A stretch of DNA of 64,000 nt from Bdellovibrionales bacterium (GTDB lineage: Bacteria > Bdellovibrionota > Bdellovibrionia > Bdellovibrionales > JAGQZY01), in NCBI GenBank assembly GCA_964230645.1, contig CAXRHT010000001.1, positions 640,001 through 704,000 of the forward strand. Direction: 5' to 3'. This document shows positions 48,327-57,500 of the stretch, piece after piece. The position numbers were made by a program, and so were the translations under genes. Below the pieces are notes generated by a model. That model saw only the letters and a list, made by a program, of their open reading frames with translations, was not told the origin of the DNA and did not search any database. Positions within the stretch are counted from its first letter, which is position 1. Every line of letters starts with the position of its first letter.

Positions 48327-50576
48327 TTAAATTTGGGTCATTCGAGTCACACCCAAGATCCCCTTGATCTTTGATAAATTTTGAATGGCTTTGGTGAGCT
48401 GTGAGGTGTCCTTTACGGCCACATCAAACATACAAACGGCCTTCTTATCTTTAGTGGTCCTGATTTGAGCGTTAAAGATATTGATGCCAAGGCTGGCAAA
48501 GGCTTCACTCATCAAACGCAGTAAGCCGGGAATATCTTGGGCTACCACTCGGACTCTGACGATTCTCTCCGTTCCTTCAGGCGCTGATTTTACCGTCCAC
48601 TCCACATCCACTTCACGGTTATTATCAATGGCAAAAATTTTCTCGCAATCAGCTTTATGAATCGTTATTCCGCGACCTCTTGAAATGAAACCTTTAATGG
48701 GGTCTCCAGGAATCGGAGAGCAGCACTTGGCAAACCGCACCAAGATATCATCCATGCCATCAACTGTAATAATAGACCGGGCTTTCTTTTTTCTCTGAAC
48801 AGCCGACTTATAGGCTTTTGTTAAAAAGCTTTCCTCCGCTTTTTTCTCATCTATAGTCTTAGCTTCAGGCTCAAGAGCTCGAACAATATGTTTAGGTAAA
48901 ATTTTTCCGTATCCCACCCGGACATAAAGGTCCTCAACGTCGTTAGCTCCTGACTTTCGAAGCTCATCGTTTTCCATGATAACATTGTCATTTAAAGCCT
49001 TATTGACGCTCATACCGTATTTTCTGAACTCTTTTTCCAGGAGATCCGCACCAATTTCTCTGGCGCGTTTTCTTTCCTCTTCTTGTACAAAAGCTCTAAT
49101 TCTTGATTTCGCTTTTGATGTCACGCAGTACTTGAGCCAATCTTTTGAGGGCGTTTTATTTTTTGCGGTTAAAACCTCTATGGTGTCTCCACTTTTCATG
49201 CGTGTACGCAGTGGAACCATTTTTCCATTGATCCTAGCAGCCACACAAGAATTCCCAACATCCGTATGAATGGAGTAGGCAAAATCAATAGGAGTGGCTC
49301 CCTCACGAAATTCACGCACTTCCCCTTTTGGGGTAAAAACATAAATATGGGAATCAAAAAGGTCTGTTTTTACGTTTTCAAGAAACTCGCCCGAGCTTCC
49401 CGCTTGTTGATGAAGGCTCACTAGTTCTTGTAGCCACTCCATCTGCTCTTCGAGCTTAATATCGACTTTTCCAGAGTTTTTATACTTCCAATGGGCTGCG
49501 ATCCCCTGCTCAGCCACAAGATGCATTTCCTGGGTGCGAATCTGAATTTCAATTCTTTCCGCTCCCGGACCAATCACTGTGGTGTGAAGACTTTGATAAT
49601 TGTTGGCTTTAGGAATGGCGATGTAATCTTTAAATCGACCAGGAATCGGCTTCCAAAGGGTATGGATATGACCTAAAACTTCATAACACTGGGGAATGGT
49701 GTCGACCAATACTCTAAAAGCGAGAATGTCGTAAACCTGTTCGTAATCAAGATTAGAAGCCGCCATTTTTTTATAAATCGAATAAAAGTGCTTTGGTCTT
49801 CCTTGAATATCAATGGCCCCACGAAAGCGTCCGCCAAGTTCATTGTCGAGAACTTTTTTAACCTCTTCAATGTACTTCTCTCTTTCTTTTTTCTTTTTGG
49901 CGACCTTTTGAACCAGTTCGTAATAAAAGTCCGGTTGAGTGTAGCGAAAACTTAAGTCTTCAAGCTCTACCTTAATAGAGCTAATCCCAAGACGACTCGC
50001 CAGAGGCGCATAGATGTCGAGAGTTTCTTGTCCAATACGAATTTGTTTTTCGTATTTCATATGATTAAGAGTGCGCATATTGTGAAGACGATCGGCAAGC
50101 TTTACTAAAATCACCCGAACATCTTTTCCCATTGCGACGATCATTTTACGAACGTTTTCACTTTGTTTTTCATGGGTGTTTCTAAAACTCAATTGCGTGA
50201 TTTTCGTGACCCCATCAACAAGTTCAGCCACAACAGAGCCAAAGTTTTTCTCAATATCTTCAAGAGTCACATCTGTGTCCTCCACCGTATCGTGAAGAAG
50301 TCCTGTCATAATACTCGGAAGGTCTAGTTTTAATTCCGCCAAAATTTCAGAAACACCCACGGGGTGAGAAATATAGGGTTCACCACTGCGACGGAACTGG
50401 CCCTCATGGGCTTTTTTTGAGAATAAAAAGGCTTTTTGAATGAGACCGATATCGGCCTTTGAATAGTACTCTAGAATTTTCTCGCACAGTGGCTTAACTT
50501 CCAAACACTCCTCTGGAAAGTCCGCCAAAGTTGCTTTATCCACTTTGCTCTCAGACATAAAAGTCTTTGTCTCCAT
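48327..50576 (-). CDS. spoT: Bifunctional (p)ppGpp synthetase/hydrolase Rel/SpoT
   Basis: Intact HD (LLHDTVED), GRPKH, YQSLHT, EIQIRT, TGS and ACT domains. Confidence 0.96.
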   Translation of the reverse strand: METKTFMSESKVDKATLADFPEECLEVKPLCEKILEYYSKADIGLIQKAFLFSKKAHEGQFRRSGEPYISHPVGVSEILAELKLDLPSIMTGLLHDTVEDTDVTLEDIEKNFGSVVAELVDGVTKITQLSFRNTHEKQSENVRKMIVAMGKDVRVILVKLADRLHNMRTLNHMKYEKQIRIGQETLDIYAPLASRLGISSIKVELEDLSFRYTQPDFYYELVQKVAKKKKEREKYIEEVKKVLDNELGGRFRGAIDIQGRPKHFYSIYKKMAASNLDYEQVYDILAFRVLVDTIPQCYEVLGHIHTLWKPIPGRFKDYIAIPKANNYQSLHTTVIGPGAERIEIQIRTQEMHLVAEQGIAAHWKYKNSGKVDIKLEEQMEWLQELVSLHQQAGSSGEFLENVKTDLFDSHIYVFTPKGEVREFREGATPIDFAYSIHTDVGNSCVAARINGKMVPLRTRMKSGDTIEVLTAKNKTPSKDWLKYCVTSKAKSRIRAFVQEEERKRAREIGADLLEKEFRKYGMSVNKALNDNVIMENDELRKSGANDVEDLYVRVGYGKILPKHIVRALEPEAKTIDEKKAEESFLTKAYKSAVQRKKKARSIITVDGMDDILVRFAKCCSPIPGDPIKGFISRGRGITIHKADCEKIFAIDNNREVDVEWTVKSAPEGTERIVRVRVVAQDIPGLLRLMSEAFASLGINIFNAQIRTTKDKKAVCMFDVAVKDTSQLTKAIQNLSKIKGILGVTRMTQI

Positions 50577-50665
50577 TCCTCAACCGACATTCAAATACGA
50601 ATGCGGGTCGACGATTATCCAATAAAAACCCTTAGTGGGTTTTACTGACTTTTGCCAATACTATT

Positions 50666-50692
50666 TTATCGGAAAATCGCAGAAATTGTTGA
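50666..50692 (-). promoter_or_regulatory. Sigma-28-type promoter upstream of spoT
   Basis: Minus strand TCAA-N15-TCCGATAA. Confidence 0.5.
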
Positions 50693-50851
50693 GAAATCCT
50701 GCTTCTTTTTTGCACTTAGATACTGCTTAAAGGAGGAATCAGAGGAAATTTCTGGAAACAAGGGAGGTTTTAATAGTAAGAAGTCACTTTTAACCTGGAC
50801 CAAGCTTTAGGTTTAAAGCCCCCAAGTGCTTGGTCTTCGCCTTAAAAAGCT

Positions 50852-51097
50852 TTAGTGGAGGTTGTCTCTTTCGCGATTGAGATCCTCTTCCACACGGGAA
50901 ATATCAGTCTCAGAATCAAATTTAACCAAGCCGGCTGCCACTTCTCTGAGGGAAGTCACAACATATTTGTTCTTCACTTTGGAAATTACAGGCTGATCTC
51001 CTTTAAGGAGTTGTTTGGCTCTTTTAGATACCAAATGAACCAATGCAAATCGGTTATCCACTCTTTTTAGACAATCTTCTACGGTCACTCGTGCCAT
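50852..51097 (-). CDS. rpoZ: RNA polymerase omega subunit
   Basis: [22 protein letters not shown]; gmk-rpoZ-spoT synteny. Confidence 0.97.
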   Translation of the reverse strand: MARVTVEDCLKRVDNRFALVHLVSKRAKQLLKGDQPVISKVKNKYVVTSLREVAAGLVKFDSETDISRVEEDLNRERDNLH

Positions 51098-51120
51098 AAT
51101 TCACCTCTCAGGTCGTTAAA

Positions 51121-51687
51121 CTATTCAAATGACAGCAATTCTTCAAGAATTTTCTTAAAGCGTGCATAAGATTCCTCAAAATCGTCGTTCACCACCTGGT
51201 AGTCAAACTGATGGGCCTTCTCGATTTCAAGTTTGGCGTTTTCCAATCTCAGCTCTAAATTATCGGGCGCTTTCTTATCTCTTGAAAGAATTCGCCGCTT
51301 TAGCTCCTCAATGGATGGTGGCAGGATAAAAAGGCTGATAGCATCGGCGTAGATTTTGGTAAATTTCTCCACCCCCTGAACGTCGATATCCATAATGGCC
51401 ACTCTTCCCTCAGCCCAGGCGTCTCCCAGGCTTTGGTGCGATGTCCCATAAAGGGAGTCGTGCACTGGAGACCATTCCACAAAGAATCCTTGATCAATTT
51501 TTTTCTCAAAGTCTTCTCTGGTTATGAAGTGATAAGGGTCCCCCTGAACCTCGCCGTGGCGCATGGACCTTGTGGTGTAGGTGATGATATCTTTAAGCAC
51601 AGGAAAGTCCCGCATGGCTCTTTCCATGAAACTGTTTTTTCCTGCTCCGCTGGGAGCTGCAATAAGAATCATGCGGATCTTATTCAT
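51121..51687 (-). CDS. gmk: Guanylate kinase
   Basis: APSGAGK, YTTR, YGT, DIDVQG, FILPPS. Confidence 0.96.
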   Translation of the reverse strand: MNKIRMILIAAPSGAGKNSFMERAMRDFPVLKDIITYTTRSMRHGEVQGDPYHFITREDFEKKIDQGFFVEWSPVHDSLYGTSHQSLGDAWAEGRVAIMDIDVQGVEKFTKIYADAISLFILPPSIEELKRRILSRDKKAPDNLELRLENAKLEIEKAHQFDYQVVNDDFEESYARFKKILEELLSFE

Positions 51688-52556
51688 TCGACGTTTTGAA
51701 CCTGCTCTCTGTATTTTTCAATGGCTCCTTTGGCCTCAACAACAAATTGGGTCAGTTCCGAGGTCGTGCTTTTTGAACCAATGGTGTTCACTTCCCTTAA
51801 AAGCTCTTGGGCATAAAAATCAAGTTTCTTGCCGATACTCCCGTCAGAGTTGATGAGATCACTTAAAGCCTCAAGGTGAGCTTTGAGTCTTTGGATCTCT
51901 TCACTAATGTCACTTTTATCAATAAGGATGACCACCTCTTGCGCCATTCGCTGCTCGTCCACCTCACCGGGTATATTGAGTTTTTCAAGGCGTTGTTGGT
52001 ATTTTTTCTGCAAGTCTTTAGCCGTTTGTCCTCTGAGTTTTTCAATTTTCACTGAGAGTTTCTTCAGAAGATCGATATGCTTTTTAAGATCTTTTTGAAC
52101 ACTGGCTCCCTCGTCTTCGCGCACTTTGGCACAAGACTCAGCGGCTTTAAGAACAGTTTCAAAAAACACCTTTTTTTCTTTGGGAGTAATGGAACCCGCT
52201 TCTTCCACTTTGATAAGCTCTGGGCCTTGCAGAAGAATATCAGCACTTTGACTAGGTTCAAGACCTAATTTTTTAGCCATGGATTGAAAACCATCGAGCC
52301 ATTTTTTGGCGAGCTTTTCATTGAAGAGAAGAGTTTCCGAACCATTAAAGACTTTGCGATTGACGTAAACATCGAGTGTGCCGCGCTTAAAATATTTTGA
52401 TAATTTCTTACGAATTTCTGATTCATAAGCGTTATAAATCTTGGGACCATGAACTTTGATCTCCAAATAACGCCCATTCACCGCTTTCACCGAAACATCG
52501 AGAAGAAACTCCGAGGACTGGCTTGCGGCCTTTCCAAAACCTGTCATGCTTTTCAT
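51684..52556 (-). CDS. yicC: YicC/YloC family endoribonuclease
   Basis: MKSMTGFG, VNGRYLE, GKKLDFYAQELLREVNTIGSK, REQVQNVE. Confidence 0.95.
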   Translation of the reverse strand: MKSMTGFGKAASQSSEFLLDVSVKAVNGRYLEIKVHGPKIYNAYESEIRKKLSKYFKRGTLDVYVNRKVFNGSETLLFNEKLAKKWLDGFQSMAKKLGLEPSQSADILLQGPELIKVEEAGSITPKEKKVFFETVLKAAESCAKVREDEGASVQKDLKKHIDLLKKLSVKIEKLRGQTAKDLQKKYQQRLEKLNIPGEVDEQRMAQEVVILIDKSDISEEIQRLKAHLEALSDLINSDGSIGKKLDFYAQELLREVNTIGSKSTTSELTQFVVEAKGAIEKYREQVQNVE

Positions 52557-52607
52557 TCTCCCATCATACGCGGAAGTGAAAAACAGTCAATAATTTCAAT
52601 ACCTTTT

Positions 52608-53003
52608 CTATTTCCAAGAGCGGTACTTAGACTCCGGCCCTGCAGGAGCAAAAACCTGTAGAACTTTAAGTGGTTTGGCACCATTCTCAAAGCGCACCTT
52701 AGCCCCTGCGGGCATAAAAACCAGATCATCTTTTTTTATGGAATGCTTTTCCCCATTAATAAAAATCACCCCACCACCCTCAAGAACATAAAGGTACTCC
52801 TCAGACTCATCTTGATGAAGAGGCACTTTCCCCCCAGCCGGCACAGTCAGATGTCCAATAAAAGCCGATTCATTGCCATGCACATTAGGCACTGCAAGTG
52901 CCCTAATCTCAGCCCCCTTCTCATGCCTCTTAACCGAAGCCTCCTCTAAACTCTGCACCCCAGCAAAAACAAAAGAAACCAAACCAAAAAACAAAAACCC
53001 CAT
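52608..53003 (-). CDS. Cupin domain protein with an N-terminal hydrophobic/signal segment
   Basis: AGGAGGA RBS before ATG 53003; PLHQD..EEYLYVLEG; DLVFMPAG. Confidence 0.8.
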   Translation of the reverse strand: MGFLFFGLVSFVFAGVQSLEEASVKRHEKGAEIRALAVPNVHGNESAFIGHLTVPAGGKVPLHQDESEEYLYVLEGGGVIFINGEKHSIKKDDLVFMPAGAKVRFENGAKPLKVLQVFAPAGPESKYRSWK

Positions 53004-53047
53004 AACTCCTCCTAAATAAACCCCACAAACCATGACTATCGCGAAAA

Positions 53048-53225
53048 GCATGACAATACCGCTAGCTCGAAAGCTTCGGGCGGCTCGCAAGACAGGCTCA
53101 AGCAACGAGCGCTGCGTATCTCGGGTCGCGACATGAAATGGCGCGATCCGGGAGACGAAGTGCACCCGGGTGCGTGCCTGGCTTGCGAGCCGCCCGAAGC
53201 TTTCGAGCTAGCGGTATTGTCATGC
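53048..53225 (-). repeat. Palindromic element, family A copy 2: 44-bp perfect arms (+1 mismatch +5 bp) around the same 78-nt core
   Basis: 53048-53091 is the exact reverse complement of 53182-53225; core 53098-53175. Confidence 0.95.
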
Positions 53226-53379
53226 GCCCCAAGCCCCGCGGAATGGTCATACAATCGACATGTAGATTTTTCAAACTCTGAATAATTAACAGCAACTTAA
53301 GTATTAATATCCCCTGAAGAATTTATATAATAAAACAGACGTTAGATTTGGGATGGGGAGCCAATGTTGGGGACGTTTA

Positions 53380-54519
53380 ATGAAAAAAAATGGGATCACC
53401 CTCCTATCTTTACTAGGATTTGTTTTGCTATTGTGGAGTCCATCCTACGGACGTCCCCAGTCAGAAATAAAAACTAAAAAAATTGCAAAAGCCGAAAAGA
53501 AATTCAACTTGCTCACCGACTTTTATATGGGAGCTTTTGGTTTCCAAGAGGGGCAAGACGACTCCCAACTGATTTATCTTTCTGCTAGACCTTATGGCTC
53601 TTACTTTCTAACCGAGTCTTTCGGTGTACAGGGTGACATTCAGTTAAACCTTACCACGGGTCGATCGCAAACTCGTTTTCAGAATCCGAACTTCAATAGT
53701 GTGAACATTCGTGAGCTTGTGGCGCATTTCAAACCAGGGTCTTACCTTGGTGTGAAAGGCGGAGCGATCAACCAAAACTTTCTTGGCAATCCCATGTTGA
53801 TCGCTGATCGTGGCTTCCCAGGAGTGTATGTGCAATCAGGCTATCAAAGTGAGGTTTTCTCTGTTCTTCCGAAAGTTCAATACTCTATTCCCACTTCCAC
53901 AAGTTATGAGTCTCAAAGAACGGAAGCCGAAGCTCTTCCGGCTTTGAAAACTTTTGGATTGGCTTTAGAAGTGAAACCATTGGAGTGGTTGCAACTCTCC
54001 AGTGACATACATCATTTTGAGTACAATCAACTCCCCGCTGTTGTAGCTGCTCAAAGTAACCGCTTTGGTAACTCTGTAGTTGGTGTGGACTCTGAATCCT
54101 CTTTTCGCTATCAGTTTGAAGGGCTGAGCCAGTTTTACACTCTGAAAACTCAATACACCTCTTTTCTTTCCCAAAGTTTTCAGGTGGGAATGGTTGATAA
54201 CTTCGAGGCTCCCCAAGACCGCAGGCGCTCTCAGTGGGTAGGAACAGGTTTTAACTGGACAACCGCTGATTTTAATATCTCCCCAAGTTTTGCCAGCTTC
54301 TTTGCTGAGTCTGACTCAGTTCCGGCCATTTACAGTGAGTTTGAACTAGGACGAAACAATCGTCAGGGACAAATGGTTCGGCTGGCTGTAGAGATTAAAA
54401 AATGGAATCTTATTATTCGATCCCGCTACGTGGAATCTCAACTCATTGAACAGCGTCCCCTACAAGCAGACATGAAAATTTTTGATCTTGGATTGGAGTT
54501 TACGAATGTGTTCCTCTAA
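53380..54519 (+). CDS. Outer-membrane beta-barrel protein (porin/translocator-like)
   Basis: Signal peptide; many amphipathic beta strands with aromatic ends; C-terminal GLEFTNVFL. Confidence 0.7.
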   Translation: MKKNGITLLSLLGFVLLLWSPSYGRPQSEIKTKKIAKAEKKFNLLTDFYMGAFGFQEGQDDSQLIYLSARPYGSYFLTESFGVQGDIQLNLTTGRSQTRFQNPNFNSVNIRELVAHFKPGSYLGVKGGAINQNFLGNPMLIADRGFPGVYVQSGYQSEVFSVLPKVQYSIPTSTSYESQRTEAEALPALKTFGLALEVKPLEWLQLSSDIHHFEYNQLPAVVAAQSNRFGNSVVGVDSESSFRYQFEGLSQFYTLKTQYTSFLSQSFQVGMVDNFEAPQDRRRSQWVGTGFNWTTADFNISPSFASFFAESDSVPAIYSEFELGRNNRQGQMVRLAVEIKKWNLIIRSRYVESQLIEQRPLQADMKIFDLGLEFTNVFL

Positions 54520-57500
54520 GAAATTGCGCTCTTTTTGTATTGTTATTTCAAACTTGGCCTTGGCGTTTTCACTGTCTTCTTGTCTGCGCTCAGCCTCTGA
54601 CCCCACCAGTCCTGGAGTGACCGAAGATGTGACTGGAGATTTTAAAGCTCTTGTGATCGATGGCTCCTCTGTTGAGAGTTCAAGAAATCCTCACTGGCAA
54701 CTTCCCACCGAGAAAACCTACGATTACAGAGTGTGCTTGATCAGTCGTATGACCGAAGCTCCCCTACCCATCGGACAGTCTTTCCATCTTAAAAATCCGC
54801 AAGGGGAAGTTAAAGAACTAACGACTGATAACTTAGGATGCATCAACTGGACAGAAACGATTCCCTTTAATTTTATGAGTGACGCCTTTTTTATCGAAAA
54901 AAAGAGAACTCTTATTGGGATGGGAACCTATCGAGGCTCATCTATCCTTCGCTATGCAATCAATCCATGGTTAAGCTATCACGGTAACAGTGGTAAAGAG
55001 GTTGTCGACTTAGAACGCGGAAATAACAATATTCCGTCAGCTCGCTTAATCCCAGAGCAGGCCGAAGATGATTCTTTGGCGGGGCTTTTTAGCCACCGCA
55101 ATAGCCGTAATCTTCTTGTGGAAAGGAACATTTCCTATCAAATGATTCCGACTGGTGACCACGAGAGCGGTAAATATTTTAACCTCAACGTACAGCTTCG
55201 CCCCTTTATCGAGCCTAGAAACATGAACAATGACCGCACGAAGATTCCTCTAAATACCGGAAGGTTTCGAGTGTTCGTACAATTGGTGGGAAGTTATATT
55301 GGAGAAAGTCAGAATCCACAAAAAGTCATACTGACCCCAGAGCTTGCACCGCAAGAAATCAATATTCAATCTGAGTCGACTTTACAGTTTCGACAGAACA
55401 ATGTTCCTTTGAGTCGTCAGATCACAACTGGACAAGTGCAATTGGCCATCCGTGTGGTTCCCATCGATCCGCCTTTTGCGATGAATGAATTTGAGGGCCT
55501 TTATAATATTGGGAATTTTAATCAGATCTTTCAATCAACTTCTCTTTCACAAGTCCAGGGTTCCCAAGATCAAGACACCTTCAGTTATTCTGATCTTCTC
55601 AATGACACTGAGAATTTTGAAGAGCTCTCTCAAGCTGGTTGGGTTCATGATCTTCCCCCTGTGGAGTACTCAAATCTTGAACCACGCTTCGTACAGGTTA
55701 AACCGGGTGAGACTTCAACAGAGCGAACCATTATTTACCGGGTGGCGACCCAAGTAACAGACAGTGTGGATGGCTCTCCAATTATTAAACAACCTTTCAC
55801 CATTGTGCACCCTAAAGAAAGTTGCCAAGAGGCAACAGTTAGAGAGGTTATGGATCGTCTCAATCAAGATGGTACCTGTGAAGAGGATATGGAGACAGAC
55901 CATAGGGGCTACCTCTATTGGAGAGATGAACTCACTCACCTTTATTATGAGCGAGAGCACCGTATTCTTCAGGATTTTAAAATCATCCACAAACGCTCAA
56001 ATCGCAGTGACACTTATACTTTGGCTCTAAATCCCTGGGATGAAGGGTGGACATTTGGTGGCGATCTTCGAAGTCGTATCGTTGAAAAAGACTACGATTT
56101 TGACATGGCAGAAGCCAAACCCAACTTACTAATGATCGATGCTTTCCGCTATCAAACCATTCGATTTCGATATGTGATTGACGAATTTTTAACTCTCAAC
56201 GTGAAAAAAGCCGTTGTTATGGCTCTAGATCCTCTTGTGCAAAGAGACACTCTTTATCGCGGTCGTATCTTTGAACCACTAAGAGATGGGGTTTATTTAG
56301 TTAAAATTGCTCTGGTGAAATACTACATCGATCCTTTCCAAAATGGCCTACATCTTCATAAAAAAGATTGCAAGGAAGGTGATTCCTCCGAGAACTGCTA
56401 CCAGGTGCAACCTGTCTCTGCTGGTGGTGAAGCCAGAAAAGGTCAGTACACCACGGTTATTAAAAAACTTTTAAGGGTTCAGGCTGGGAGAATTACAACT
56501 CCTCTAGAGTTTTCCATGCGTGATCTTCGTATGATGAGTATTCGTTCGAACATTATGGTGCAGCTTGAAACCATTGATGAAAAAAGGCTCCTTCGCGACA
56601 ATCTTGTTAACGAACGATTAATGGAGCTTGAAAGAGAATATTTTGAATTCAATCCTGAGACCATGACCGATGAGGATCGAGAATTTTTCCAAGCTCGATA
56701 TGGTTATCTTCCTGAAGAAATGTCAGAAGAGCAAAAAGCCAGATTTCTGGCTGAAAGAGCGCAGGAATTTGAAGAAGAAAAGGATAAATTCTTAGAATTT
56801 ATCCGAGAGTCTCGCGAAGACCTAGAAGCCACAAGAGCTGAACAAAGAGAAGTCCAGAGAAGACGTTTTGAGTTAGTCGATCAGATTGAAAGAGAACTGA
56901 CTCAAGGCTCCGCTCAAAGAGAGTACGAGAGACCCGATCCATTGATCAGTCTTCCGCGCGGAGAATTTGATGAAATTATAGAAAGAGCTCGCAGCAATAT
57001 TGGTCGCATGGAACTCGACATGAAAGAACATTGGTCTCAGTGGGATGAAAACTGGGAAGATGTGATGAGTTCTTACGAACACGGCGAGTACATCGTTGAG
57101 GACCGCAGCTTTCGTCGTACCTATTTTGACTACCTAGCTATGATGCAAACTTTCTTACTTGATTACGGTATTGATCAAGTGGTCACAGAGTCTGATAGAA
57201 ACCGTTTGATGTTAAACAATTACACTCAAAATCCTGTGGCGCCTATAGTGGACCTTAATTTCTATCGAAATAAGTCAGGACTTAAAAGAAGAACCTTTAT
57301 TGGACCATGTACACTTGTCGAAAACGAGAATATGTCAGAGATGAGACCAACAGATACTGTGGACGAGAAGTACTGTGACCGTATCGACTGCGGTGAAACT
57401 CTTTACGAGCCACGCTTTCCTCTCCCTGATAATTCTGAGTTTGAAAACTCAGCTCATCATGACTCCCTTAAACCCTTTGCCAATATGCACGTGGATGAGG

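Noticed and set aside
48246..48329. spoT and the kinase are in the same frame, separated by one TAA and 27 open codons (possible readthrough fusion)
   Set aside because: spoT ends normally after its ACT domain, TAA is rarely read through, and the frame match has a one-in-three chance.
53004..53295. Long N-terminal extension of the cupin ORF (start 53165) and short ORFs 53036-53254 and 53098-53295
   Set aside because: A strong AGGAGGA RBS supports ATG 53003. The ORFs run through the palindrome, and the frame matching the GspJ insert ends in TGA within the core, so the peptide is not what is conserved.
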